A stretch of DNA of 63,728 nt, the filler included, from Octopus bimaculoides (taxonomy: Eukaryota), in the NCBI RefSeq assembly GCF_001194135.2. It is 6 parts of 6 records of this genome, joined end to end, with 100 filler letters (N's around TTAATTAATTAA, not from the genome) between each part and the next. Parts side by side here need not be neighbours in the genome. Positions count along the whole stretch, not along the records: positions 1 to 19,527 come from NC_068994.1; 5 more parts are not named here. The stretch is one strand, 5' to 3'. Below, piece after piece: positions 1 through 13,574 of this stretch; position 1 is the stretch's first letter; each line of letters starts with the position of its first letter. The notes under the pieces were generated by a model that saw only the letters and a list, made by a program, of their open reading frames with translations, ran no database searches and had not been told where the DNA came from. Both the position numbers and the translations under genes were made by a program.

Positions 1-47
<47 letters not shown>

Positions 48-417
48 TATGTATGTTGTATGTATAATTCTGTGTATGTATATATGTATGTGTATACATA
101 TGTGTATGTATTTAAGATTATAACTGTGTCTATTTGTGCATGTATGTATGTGTGTGCATATATGCATATGTATACATGTGTAGGGATGTATATTTTTGTG
201 CTGATGTATGTATGTATGACTATGTGTATACAAGCATACACGATATGATGTGGGCGTATGTGTGTGCGCGTGCGTGTGTGTGCGTCTGTGTGTGTGTGCA
301 TGTGTCAGTGTGTGCGCGTGCGTGTGTGTGTGTGCGTGTGTGACATCACTTCCTCAGCTCTGTTATTCACTATTCATATATTCCTTTATTCTCTCTGTCT
401 TTTAATCTTTTATACCA

Positions 418-449
<32 letters not shown>

Positions 450-452
450 ATG

Positions 453-480
<28 letters not shown>
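1..480. repeat. Compound microsatellite tract (TA)n/(TG)n/(CT)n; similar tracts recur throughout the window
   Basis: Direct reading; explains the [12 protein letters not shown] ORFs in the track. Confidence 0.95.
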
Positions 481-483
<3 letters not shown>

Positions 484-609
484 ACTCCTCCCACCTTTCA
501 CGCTTCATTTCATTTTCCTTCTTCTTACTCACAATGTTGTTGCTGTTGTTACTGATGTTGTTGCTGTTATTGTTTAGCTACAGTTCAGTCATGGTTAAAT
601 GAACCTATA

Positions 610-740
610 ATCAAAGACGTTCCCACCATGACCATCCTGTCTTTCTGTATATCTATCTCCATTTTGTTCAAAGAGTCCTTCCTTTGTAAGATAGTATTGT
701 ATTGTTATTTCAGAGAATTTGGCTGCTATTTTTAGCCAGT
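610..740. repeat. Unclassified dispersed repeat; related pieces near 7.05-7.13, 12.0-12.3, 17.4-17.6 and 62.9 kb
   Basis: Recurrent blocks ATGACCATCC(T/C)GTCTTT and GATTTGGCTG(C/T)TATTTCTAG at several loci. Confidence 0.55.
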
Positions 741-1235
741 TGAGAGACCACAAAGTGGCCCCTTCATTGGTGGTATTGGTGCTGGTGGTGTTGGAGGTGG
801 TGTTGCTCTTGTTTTTGTTGTTGGTATTTTTGTAATAACAATGATTCTGTTGAGACTTATTCTTCTTCTTACAGTTGCTGCTGTTAAATTATTGCTGCTG
901 CTGCTGCTATTTTCACCAATGATGATCTTGACGCTGTTGGTGATGTTGTTACTTGTGTATCTGTGTTGGCAGCTGAAAGAGAATGAAAGTGAGAAATTAC
1001 ACAACCACCAAGACATTTGCAGCATCATGAAACTGTGTAAGGGTGTGGATCTGAATACAGGGATGTGACTGTAACGTGAAATGTGTCAGCGTGTGTGTGT
1101 GTGTGTGTCTTGGCATTTAATGTCAATGTGTATGTATACATGCATATGTACACACACACAATGTATGTATACATATAAATATATGTGTGTATATATATAT
1201 GTATATATGCATTTATATTTATGTGTGTATATGTT

Positions 1236-1275
<40 letters not shown>

Positions 1276-1469
1276 TATATATATGCTTGAATATATTTAT
1301 NNNNNNNNNNNNNNNNNNNNNNNNNNNNNNNNNNNNNNNNNNNNNNNNNNNNNNNNNNNNNNNNNNNNNNNNNNNNNNNNNNNNNNNTATATATATAAAT
1401 ATGCATGTATACATAGACATATATATATAATAGAACATACACACACATTTCTGAGATTTGTGTAGTGTG

Positions 1470-1513
<44 letters not shown>

Positions 1514-2689
1514 TTATTTATTTAAATGAAATATTCAAACACTGAGATTTGAAGTTAGATGTCACTACTGTTCATATCATCTGTGGATAAATTCAAAATT
1601 TAATGATATCACCAGTAGTACACATATGTATGTATGTATGAATACATATATTTGCATATATATGCATAGATGCATGTATATTATATATGTATATATATGT
1701 TTGTATATATATATGTATCTTTTTATATGATGTATGTATGTATGCATGCAAGAATGTTCATATAATCCCATGTGACATTTCAATGTGTGTGTGTGAGTGT
1801 ATATGTGTGTATTTGTATGTTTATGTGACATTACATTATGTGTGTGCATATGTATACATTATTAGATTATGTAAATGTGTGTTCTTAGATTGTGTGGATG
1901 GAGGTCTTGACCTCGCCACCAATCCTTCCACCCCCCTTGCCACTGATTCTAAACAGAAACACTTCTAATGGCAGCCAGGAGACACTGCAAGGAAAACAAC
2001 AGAATTTTGTCAATAAATTTCACTGAAGTCTTAAAGGTTGGATCGTCATCATCATCATAAACATCATCATCATCACCTTCATCATCATTATCATCCTCAT
2101 CATCATCATCATCATAATAATAATAATTAGCATCATCATCATCATCATCATCATCACTAGTAACATCAGCAATATCATCATCATCATCACTATCTTGATC
2201 ATGATCATCACCACCTTGCCGTCCTAGCTCCAGCTAAAAGGGATTACCCTGCTATGTATAATCAGGGCAGTGCAAAAAGTTGTTTTGCACAAGCATTTGT
2301 ATAGCCAATTAGACAGATGAAATTTACGTACGCTTAATAATGTTACGCAAAACAGCCTTCAGACTTTCCCTATTAATTTCATCGTCTTTTGATTTATGAA
2401 CATATTTACACCATAAGGGTTTTTTTCATTGTAAGGCTTTCTTTTTTAGTTGATTTTCACCTAGCAAGACTTATCATAGATGGCGTATTAAGTCACACCC
2501 GGACAAGGTCGGGTTATACTGCTAGTTTCAAATAAAGAAATTATTATTCTTCATGTCTTTAAAACTGCAGATTCAGTAGAGAGTTTGTCAGCCAAAAATG
2601 AGAATAAAATTTACCATTTTAGCTCAAAGATTTTTCACGCAAAGCACAGAATGTAGACATTCACATAGGAACACACACACGCACGTATA

Positions 2690-2815
2690 TATATGATAGG
2701 TTTCACACAGTTACCATCTACCAAATTTATAAACAAGGCATTTGTTGGCCTAGAAATACAATTAAAGACATTTGCCAGACGTGATGTGCAATGAGACTCA
2801 ACATGAAACAAAATG
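2690..2815 (-). mobile_element. Decayed tRNA-derived CORE-type SINE fragment
   Basis: Reverse-complement similarity to the copies at 22.0, 34.1 and 49.7 kb. Confidence 0.6.
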
Positions 2816-4431
2816 GTCAACAAACAACAACATTAAAAGACTGGTGACTCTACCTGAACGTTGACCAAAGAGTGGACACCACTAAAGACACCCAAGAACC
2901 AAATGCTGGTGTTAAACTGGATGGCAACAGAGTGGACGCCATGAGTGATACTCAAAACTAACACTCTGCTACCCAAGCCACACTGCAGCTCCTTAAAATT
3001 ATTCCTTGATGGCTGTGTGTGGGGTGGGGAGTTTGTTTAATTGGTGAATCGTTTAGAAAATTGGAATGTGACATTTCAAGACTAACCTTTTGTCTTGGAG
3101 AGAGAGAAAAACAAAGACAGAAACAGAAACAGAAAAAGAGAGTGAGTCAGAGAGAGAGAGAGAGAGAGAGTGAGAGAGAATATTGATCTCAATAAAGAAA
3201 AAAATTTATTTCAACTCAGTAAATTTTAATTTCAACTGAGAAAAAAATAATTGAAAATGAAGAAAAAATTAATTTCAGCTGAAGAAATATCAACTGCTCA
3301 TAGACTCTGCGTGATGTTGTATACACTGCTCCTGCATAATACACAACCTTATATACTATGTACTACACACTACACCAGATACTACAACCTGGTCCTGAGA
3401 ACATCTTGACCTAGGGCTAAATAACAACAACAAGTCAATGTAAGAGCTTCTTCTTTGCTAGAAATGATGACCAAGTCACCCTCCTCTCTTTAGCGAAAAG
3501 AACATTATATATGACGCTATAGTCTTGGATGTATATTTGGTGGAATGGTCATGGTTGGATCAGGGTTGACTTGGGGTTAAACAACAGCAATAATGGAGTC
3601 GTTACGTCATCACTAAACAGCCACATCACCGACCCCACCCTGTCTCCACCCCCACACACACCAATGTGCCACCACCACCACAACCACCATCAATTCTGAA
3701 AATTCAAAAGAAAAAATCCATTATGAATCCATTTCTCTTGAAAAAAAAAACAACACAACACCCCACCACCACCCAGCCACCCCTTTCCCTCCTGTATAAA
3801 ATTACTCCCCTTTACAACTACGAATACACCCTCTCCTCTCCCCCTCACCTCCTCCTCCTTTTCTACACCAAAAAAACAACTTCCCAGAAATTTTAAATCA
3901 ATTTGATCCCTTTTTATTTTTATAGTCACTTTAAGGAGAGCTTGGGGTCAGATGTAATATCGTAGTGGTAGTAGTGGTGGTGATGGTAGGGCTGTCGTGG
4001 GGGTTGGTAGTGGCGGTGGTGGCAGCGGCAGCAGTAATGTTTGTGAAAAAGAGAAGGATACTATTTGAGGGAAAATTAAAGAGGATTTGGGTGCTACTTC
4101 TAGCTGATCGAATGATCTCATAGATGCTTCCTCATAACAACTCCAACAGTAACAATACATTTCGAAATCTCTCAGACAGATTTATGCAGTAGCAGCACAA
4201 TAAAGTAATGGTATGTTGTCAACTTAATGTGACAGTCCCATGAAAGGGAAGAATGCTACTGTTATTTAGCCCTAGGAAACTAGTCTTTGCTGGATGGAGG
4301 TGCTTTGAAAACATAAGGACACAGGAAATGTGTCAATTCCAACAGGAAACGGTGTGGACAACATACTATCACTTTAACTCCAACAGTGTTTCTATAGAAC
4401 TGTGATAACACCATAACTAACAGGCAGTGTA

Positions 4432-4479
<48 letters not shown>

Positions 4480-4869
4480 TGTGCATGTATGCATGCAAGT
4501 ATGTATGTATATGTATATATAAGTGTATGTTCAATGTAATAAATATATTTGATAAAAACTAAAATGAATGAAATCAACATATGAGCTTTCTTGATAAAGA
4601 GCCTATCACCCAAAACATTCATACTTTTCTGTTTCTCCCCAGTCACTAGATTTCTTTAAACAACCAAACTTCTTGGTAATGCAAGCATCAAGAGAATCTG
4701 CCTTTATGATAACAGTTAGCTTCAAGGGAGATGATGTTTATAGCATCGGATGCAACAGAGCTACTAGTTGCCCCTTACACTTTGTATGGCCTTGTTGTGT
4801 GACATGAGTAACAAGGAAATAACTGTTTAATTTGGGTGGGATAACTACCAAAAAGTAGTTATATCTCAT

Positions 4870-4908
<39 letters not shown>

Positions 4909-4927
4909 CATACATGCATACATGCAT

Positions 4928-5002
<75 letters not shown>

Positions 5003-6716
5003 TAGACATAAAATGTGAAACATATTCACACACATTAAAACTGTATTATTGTTTTATAAAAATCATGAAATTTCAGGAAATAAACTCAAAACATTTAGTT
5101 TAATAAATTGGCACATTTTGCCTGTGATGTTTTCCCAGCCAAAATTGTCCCTTTTGGCCTTACTTTTTGGAGTGCAACCTTTCCTTGTCAAACTTGTGAC
5201 ATTTTCCCAGCCAAAATATTAATGTTTGAACTTTTTCCTTTTTCCTTGACAATTCATGTTACCTTTTTGTATTGAAAAATTGCCATTTTTTTAGTCTGTT
5301 ACTCTTTTCAAAGTCAAAATTATGAGCTTTTGGTCTGAAATATTCTTCCAAACCAAAATTGTGACTTTTTCAAACCCAAAATTGTCAGTTTTTGGCCTAT
5401 GACATCTTTTCCTAACAAAAATATAAACTTTTTGGTCTGTGAATTTTTTGTGACTGTTTTGACTGGTAACAGTTCCCCACTTCCCCACCAAACACCCTGA
5501 CACCAGATACATTACCTGATATCATTAACCTTGTTGGATGATGTGGGGTGGAGTGGAGCAGTTAATACTCCAATAGTATAAACTAGTTTGATCACCATCA
5601 CCACCACTACAACCACCACCACCACTACCATCACCATCACAGTCACTCCAATACCATAGCCATCCCACCATTAGTACCACCACTCCACCACCACCATCAC
5701 AGCCACAGTCACCACCACAATCACTAACACCATATTACCCCTACCACCCCAACATCACAACCACCACCACCACCACCACCACCACCACCACCACCACCAC
5801 CACCACCACCACAGCCACCTCTACACCAACGTTCACCAACCAATGCCACCAAATAATAGATCGTTACAAACAGGAAACCAGTGAAGGAGAGCAGTTAATG
5901 ATGTTTCTGGTTTGTTATTGATGACTAAATTGTGGTATGGGTTGGTGGAGGGACGGACTGTTAGGGGTTGTCAGTAACACTACCAGGTATTGATGAGTGC
6001 AACAATAATAACCAGCACGAGCCAATGAGGGACCTAATACACAATCAATAGATCTTTTAGAAATAGTAGCTAATGCTTCCTCAAATCTCTCTTTGCCAAT
6101 CTTAAAAATGAAGAACACTCTTGATGTTGTTTTGGATTTGCTATTTGAATACAGCTGACATTGCTAGTGTCCAATCATAAGCCTACTGGATTAGGGCCAC
6201 CCTGGGACCAAATAACAACAATTAAGCAACAAGGTGAAGCTTGCTAGAAATAACAGCTAAAAATCTCCCTCAAATTTCACCATACCTTCTTGAAATAATT
6301 GAAGGAGTACCACTGTGTAGTGTAGTCCAAGATAGACATATAAATAAGATGGCTTTTGATTATGGGTTTGTTTGATGGTACATTACCTGGGGCCAAACAA
6401 CATTAACAGTTAGATTGAAAGCAATTTGTCCCTATTTTAGAAATAATTCTCACTAAGTCAGTGCTTCCATTGGTCAAGCTAGACAAAATTGACTTTGGTG
6501 GGATTTGAACTCAGAAAATAAAGACTTGAAACAAATGCTGTGAGGTATTCTGCCTAACATTCAAAATACTCTGCCACTGTGCCACCTTAGGTCGCCCATC
6601 ACTCACTCTCCTATTAACCATCCATATAAGGCAATGTCGTTAACCTCCAGTCTTCAGGAGACACAAATTATAAAAAGGACAGTTTAAAGCAGGGGTGATC
6701 CTTGCTTTCCTCGCAG

Positions 6717-6772
6717 ATGTGAAGGGTGAAGAGTTAACACATTGTGTAGAGCAGAGGCCATAATATATCATG
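6717..6772 (+). other. Candidate 56-nt exon ending in ATG (5'UTR/start exon or pseudo-exon)
   Basis: Acceptor ccttgctttcctcgcag and donor ATG|gtaagt; all three internal frames contain stops. Confidence 0.25.
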
Positions 6773-8537
6773 GTAAGTAAGACAGGTAGAAAGACATAGA
6801 GAAAGAGAAAATGGCAGAGGGTGACAGGAACAGAGAAAGAGAAGGGGTTAAGTATATAGCACTGTTTAATTCAAAGGAGCAGAATTCATTAAAGAAGTGG
6901 TTGAAGACACAAAGAGAAGACACAGTGTTGTAGCTTTAATCAAAATTCATCCCTGATTCAGCAAAGGGATTCCTACTATTTTATCTAGCCACAGTGTATC
7001 TGGGACTATATTATGTAATGTAGTCTTCCTTGATGTTGTTTAGGCCTAGGGTCCCTCTAATCCAACAGATCTATAAATAGAGGTGTTCCAGCTATGACCA
7101 TCCTGTCTTTAATTCATAGTGCATCTAAGACTACAGTATTCAATGTTTTCTTCTCTTTAATATATTAAGCACATTTGGTTGGTTTTTCGAGCATATCAAG
7201 AGACTTTCCTGTTTGCTCTTTCTGATGAGTCAAGGTCTTTCTCTGAAATAACATGTTTTCATGTGAAGTGTGTGTGTGTGTGGTTGCATATGTGTATCTG
7301 TGTGTGTATATGTGTGAATGTGCATGTTTATGTATTAAAGCGCAAATATGGCAATGTGCATGCGAGTGTTCACCAGAGTGACTTTGTTAGTCGTTGTATA
7401 AGGATGTGTATAAATGTGTGTCTATGCATGTGTGTGTATGTGTAAATGAGTGCTTTCTTTGTGTGGAAATCTGTGTGTGTGGGTGGGTGGGTTGACGTGC
7501 ATGCATGTGTGTGTTTGCATGTGTATGAATGTAAACCTATGCCTGTGTGTATATATATGTGCTTCTATGTAAGTGTTCATAAACGTGTGAGTCTGTTTTT
7601 GCATGTAAATGTGTTTCTTTGTTTTTGAGTGAATGCGTATGCATGTGTGTCTGTGTGTGTGTGTGTATGTAGGTGCATTTATGCATGCGTCAACATGCCT
7701 GTGTGCATGTCCTCGTGCATATGCAGTGAAAAAGGCGACAGTTAGTAGAGAATTCTTGATTGCCGTTTGCCACCATTAACTCACTTCCGTTTTCAAATTC
7801 AATCTGAACAGCGAGAACAACTTAATTATCATTGTATTCAGACACAAACAAAGAGCTGTCATCACTGAAATTCGATCCTGAAACCTTTTAATCGAACTTC
7901 CCTTGAAAATCTAGACCCTAAAAGGCCGTTATGAAAGAATATTTAAGTGAATCAATGAAGTAGAAATATAGAGAACGTTGTATGAGGCAGCCATTGTGTG
8001 AGCAAACGAGAATTTTAATCAATTGATTGACAGATTGGTGTAACAACAGGGGGGGTAGGAGCGGTGGTGGGGTGTAATAAGGGGGTAGGGCATATTAGTA
8101 GTGTGCAGTAGTGGCGGTGGTAATAGAGCTTTTTTTTTGCTCTTGTTTTAGTTGTAATAGTTGTAGTAACCATGATGTGACATGCGGGAGGAATGTAATG
8201 AGTGTAGCTGTGTATAGTACTAGTGCTATTGTGGTGGTGGTGGTGGGACGGGATGTAGTGGAGCTTTCTTTTGTCTTGAATATTAGGGTGGTGGTTAAGG
8301 TAAGGGTTATTGTGGTGCTGATGCTGGTTATATAACATTTATTGTTGTAATAACATTGTAGCGGTTGAGGTGGGAATGGTGGTGTAATTGGTTTTGGTGT
8401 AGTGGTTGAGGTGGTAGTGGCAAGACGGTTTTAAGGGAGGCTGCATGTCCAATACTACTGACAACAAACACAACAATGAGAACTGCACTGTACAACACAT
8501 ACTGAGACACACACACATATATGCATGTATATATATA

Positions 8538-8612
<75 letters not shown>

Positions 8613-9153
8613 NNNNNNNNNNNNNNNNNNNNNNNNNNNNNNNNNNNNNNNNNNNNNNNNNNNNNNNNNNNNNNNNNNNNNNNNNNNNNNNNNNNNNNNN
8701 NNNNNNNNNNNNNNNNNNNNNNNNNNNNNNNNNNNNNNNNNNNNNNNNNNNNNNNNNNNNNNNNNNNNNNNNNNNNNNNNNNNNNNNNNNNNNNNNNNNN
8801 NNNNNNNNNNNNNNNNNNNNNNNNNNNNNNNNNNNNNNNNNNNNNNNNNNNNNNNNNNNNNNNNNNNNNNNNNNNNNNNNNNNNNNNNNNNNNNNNNNNN
8901 NNNNNNNNNNNNNNNNNNNNNNNNNNNNNNNNNNNNNNNNNNNNNNNNNNNNNNNNNNNNATATAGAGGTGTACAAATGGAAACAAACAGCATTGAAGCT
9001 ATGTTGTGTGAATTAAAAGTATTTATAAACAGGTGAATTCAGTTCCCCATTATCTGACATCTATGAAACATATGAAGGGAATGTAAGGTTGAATCACTCT
9101 CTTTGTGTGTGCGTGTAGGCATATTTATTTATGTATGTGTAAGTAAATATATA

Positions 9154-9220
<67 letters not shown>

Positions 9221-9459
9221 TAAACAGAGTTAGTGGTTGTTATAACCGACTAAGGAATAAAATATGTGTATATACTACGTCACCTATTTTGTTGTCATGC
9301 TTTGTATTAAAAAATTAAAAATAAGCTATAAATATGGTCCAATCGATGTGTTGTTAATCTGAGGTTTTCTCCATTTTCTGATTATTTATATATATATACA
9401 CATATATAAAGAGAGAGAGAAAGAGAGAGATTGGCTGCTTGTTTCTCTGGGATTGGTCA

Positions 9460-9900
9460 AATCGATGTAGACACCCCTACTGTCACAGATAGTGGCTCTT
9501 CTTTAAAGTATTTGAGCGTAAAATATTGCTTGTGTATGCTGAGAGAGGTTTCATCCGTAATGCTTAGGATGTTATCCATTGTTTGTATAATGCTTAGTTT
9601 CTCAATAATACAGAGTTCACATTTGTTGCCCAATCCTCTATATTTTTTGGTCTTAGTAATAATTTTCCATCCTATCTGGGGGTTGCTTATTCTACCTTTT
9701 CTCAATGTCCATATCATATTTGACAGGGATGTTGCATGCTTTTCTATTTTTGTCTCTGACTGATGCCAGGTGTTGTGTATACCTTTCCTTGAACAAGTTG
9801 CACTTCATTCCTATATACGTCTTTGCTACTCCATTAGGGTCCGTGATTTTGACCTTGTATATAAGTCCTTTCTCGAGACAGTATCTTCTGCTCTAATGCT
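9460..9900 (-). mobile_element. Penelope-like element GIY-YIG endonuclease remnant (frameshifted)
   Basis: Manual translation YCLEKGLIYKVKITDPNGVAKTYIGMKCNLFKERYTQHLAS (GLIYK 9868-9854, TYIG 9820-9809), then IWTLRK...WKIITKTKKY...CELCIIEKLSII, the C-terminal pattern of invertebrate PLE endonucleases. Confidence 0.85.
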
Positions 9901-9993
9901 TTGGAGTGTGCATCACTTTTGGATATGAACTACTGATGATTATATATATATATATAATCAAATGAATAATAACAGACGATGGATAATTGTCAG

Positions 9994-10077
9994 CTCATTA
10001 CAGCTGTTTCTTACATAACTTTTTAATAGAAGAATAAGGACATTAATTATTATAAAAGACTATAATCAACAGATGAG
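9994..10077 (-). ncRNA. Degenerate type I hammerhead ribozyme motif (family B)
   Basis: CTCAT-CTGTTGA-[AT-rich imperfect stem II]-GAAAC-AGCT-GTA-ATGAG; stem I CTCAT/ATGAG; palindromic stem III ACAGCTGT; core A6 changed to U. Confidence 0.65.
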
Positions 10078-10110
10078 AAATAATTTTACAAAACAAAAGA
10101 ATACAGCAGT

Positions 10111-10201
<91 letters not shown>

Positions 10202-10230
10202 CAACAAGAATATATATAGACATACAGATA

Positions 10231-10406
10231 CTTTTATTAAAGCTCAAAAGATCTTCCCAAACGGTTACTCAGAGTTTCATGTTACTGTTTGTTAGACAGT
10301 TGTGATTATACAGCTTTTCTGCTGTATGATCACAACTGTCTGATGAACAGTAACATGAAACTCTGAGTAACAGTTTGGGAAGATTCTTTTGCAGCTTTAA
10401 TAAAAG
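10231..10406. repeat. Inverted repeat with about 85-bp arms and a 6-nt loop; resembles an inverted Penelope pseudo-LTR pair
   Basis: 10231-10314 is the near-perfect reverse complement of 10321-10406. Confidence 0.9.
10334..10375 (+). ncRNA. Minimal type I hammerhead ribozyme motif (family A)
   Basis: AACTGT-CTGATGA-ACAGTAACAT-GAAAC-TCTGA-GTA|ACAGTT; perfect 6-bp stem I, intact core, quasi-palindromic stem III; stem II weakened. Confidence 0.75.
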
Positions 10407-11277
10407 CATATTACTCTACCTTTAGTATTCAAGTATCATTTTTCTCCACCTTGCTTTGCATTTATGCATTTACTCATGTATATAGATAGATAGACAGACA
10501 GACAGATAGATAGATAGGTAGACAGATACTTATACACCTATGTATGTGTGTGTGTGTGTGTATATATATGCATACAGGTGAAAACACAACAGAGTAAGTG
10601 TGTGTGTCTAATTTTCTGACAACGTATGAACAAATGCAAGTTATCTTCCAAAACCTTTTCTTAATAACTGAGCCTCAAAGAGTTAAAGCATCATATCATG
10701 TAGAATCCCCTCTGAAGGGGTCTCACCACCCATTGTGTCTCTCCTCCTAGGGGGGTCTCCCCCCCTCTTCAGGGATCTCACCAACCAGAGAATAATCATA
10801 CAAGATTCTGTTTCAGAAGATTTGTAACGAGAAACAAAAATTTACCCTTGCACTATTGCACACAAATTGATGGCCTACGTGTGTGTGTGTGTATATGTAT
10901 ATATTTATGTAGATATACATATATGTACATATATATATGTGTGTGTGTGTATATATACATACATATATACATGTGTGTGTGTAATATATATATGTTTATA
11001 TATAGATATGTATTTGTATATTCATTTATATATATTTGTATGTGAATATATCGTCATCATCACCATAATCATCATCATCATATATACACACATATACATA
11101 CAAACATGCCCACACCCATGGATAGTCATGTGTAGAGAAAAAGATTCAATTATTGTCACCACGATATGTGCACCGCAGTTGTGCAGCGAGAATTTATGCA
11201 CATGATATTTACATTCCCAATGCAATGATGCATATACATACATACACTCATATATATATATATACATATATTCTTTG

Positions 11278-11352
<75 letters not shown>

Positions 11353-11471
11353 CATATTTTTGTGTGTATATATATATATATATATTTACATATATATATA
11401 TATATATATATGTATATTTATATTTATGTATATATATATATATTTATATACATATATATATGCACACAGAC

Positions 11472-11521
<50 letters not shown>

Positions 11522-11877
11522 ATATATGTGTGTGTATATATATATATATATACACATATATATATATATGTATATATTTGTATGTATGTATGTCCAAACG
11601 TTGCAACATATATATATACAAGAAATCTCACCGCTGTCGTTTTTTCTTGGTGCAGTTGCACAAATGTAAATCTAGATATGTGCACACATACATGAAATGT
11701 ATGGTGCAAAATAAATGCAATTGTATGCAGATGTGCATTCGTGTATAAAGACGCTGTGCCGTAGCGAGGCATTCAGTTGTAAATAAATATCTATTTCCAT
11801 GTGTGCATACATAACAAATCTATTTGCAGCGGCGGCAGAAATCAATGCAGCAAGCACACATACACACACATGCATAT

Positions 11878-11920
<43 letters not shown>

Positions 11921-12669
11921 ACAAAACCATTGTTTGATGTACCATTTAGATCAAGCCACACTGTTGTGGGTGTTGTTGTTATCTAGCCCCTAGGTCAGCC
12001 CCCAGTGAAGAGGATCCCAATCAAAAAGACGATGATCTGGATTATATCATGCATGCTTCCTTTTATTGTAAAAGAGCAGAGTGATTTGGAAGAGATCTGG
12101 CTGTTATTTCTAGTAGGTTGCTTACCTTGTTGACCCAGAGTTGGTGTTTAACCCCTGATTAATTCTGACCCAGAAGACTTATGGTCAAAAGCATTCTAGC
12201 CATGACCATCCCATATTTTAATAGGACAGTGTGTCATCTCCTTAATTAAGAAAGACAAGCTGTTGTTTGATGGAGATTTAGCTGCTATTTCTAAAAGTCT
12301 GAGTAAGCATAGAGAGGGGCTGTAATATTGTGCAAGCTTCCAACAATGTGCAGCAAAAATGCAATTGTTAAAATGTAATATTGTGAGTCAGCAATTAGTG
12401 GAAGTACTGCAACAAGGTCACTGCACTAATTGGTGCACTTTTGTGCACCAATTATCTAATGAATACGATAAAGGTTATTGGTTGGTGCTCATTGTATTAC
12501 TTGGCACCACTGTATATTACTGAATAGAGCCAGTAGGCTAGAAATGGCAGCCAGAGAGCCTCTAATTATGCCACACTGCTTTAGCAAACAGATGTGAGAT
12601 AATGCAGTCCTAGGATTTGAAATCAAAACAGACAAGGTGGTCATGTTTGGAATGCCTTTTACCACATTT

Positions 12670-13330
12670 TCCTCAGCTTTCTGGCTAGGTCCTGATATTT
12701 TCCAATTTTTTTTTTTTTTTTTTTTCAATTTCTTTCCTATTGACACTCTGCTATTATCTCAGGAAATCTTATAATCTCAAACTGTTTATTTAATCCTCTC
12801 TAATCATATCTGGTTTTCTTGCCTCAAGAGTAAGTTCAGTTTTTATGGAGAAATCCCACAAGCTCTTGTAATTCTCATGTTTTTTTCCACAGCCTCTGGT
12901 TCATGTTCATACCATTTTTTCTGCTGTTTCGAAGCCATACACTCACCTAACATTCCAATACATTCTTCGGCCTACACAGTCATGGTTCCTTTGTTGGTCA
13001 GTATATTGCACTCACTGAAAATATGATACGTTCATCTCCTTTTCTGAAGATTCTACATTTGTTGTCTGACTGAGGTTCGTTGATCTTTGCCTTTGTCACA
13101 TTTATTCTAAGAGTTTCTTCCTGAGCAGCTGCAATTAGTATTTCTGTCTCTTGTCTCATATTCTTGTCTGTCGGCCATCAGCCAGCCATCTTTACTGGCA
13201 ATATTTTTGGCTTGTTGCATGCATCAGCCATGGAGCTCCATTTCTTTCTATTTGTTTATTCTGTTGTTCTTCTTTTTTTCTTAGAATTCTTTTACTGTTT
13301 TGGTCACCTTTTTGCATAGCTCTGGTCGGA
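12670..13330 (-). mobile_element. R4/Dong-clade non-LTR retrotransposon C-terminal remnant (zinc knuckle and RLE region)
   Basis: Translation blocks ETEILIAAAQEETLRINVTKAKI, SLWDFSIKTE..LEARKPDM, KEIEK..KYQDLARKLRKMW with stops and frameshifts. Confidence 0.75.
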
Positions 13331-13389
13331 AATAGTATTCTTTCATTATTCTGTACAACTTAATTTTCCAAACCCATCCATCTTTAGAT

Positions 13390-13528
13390 TCTGAGATCAA
13401 ATTCCGCCAAGGTCAATTTTGCCTTTCATTCTTTCTGGGTCTATAAAATAAGTACCAGTTGAGTCTTGGAGTGAATGTAATGGATTATCCCCAAATAAAT
13501 TTTAGGCCTTGTGCCTATTGTAGAAACG

Positions 13529-13560
<32 letters not shown>
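13390..13560 (+). mobile_element. tRNA-derived SINE with Deu/Nin-like central block
   Basis: GAGATCAAATTCC (B-box-like), then TTTGCCTTTCAT..TAAAATAAGTACCAG, ending in (ATT)n; matches the 51.1-kb copy. Confidence 0.75.
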
Positions 13561-13570
<10 letters not shown>

Positions 13571-13574
13571 GATT

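Noticed and set aside
841-1068. Signal-peptide-like hydrophobic ORF
   Set aside because: Built from (GCT)n/(GTT)n simple repeats; similar pseudo-hydrophobic ORFs occur at 2.0, 8.1 and 57 kb
1880-3000. Short open frames with splice-like ends near 1.9-2.0 and 2.85-3.0 kb
   Set aside because: No recognisable protein, inconsistent phases, and signals no stronger than expected by chance
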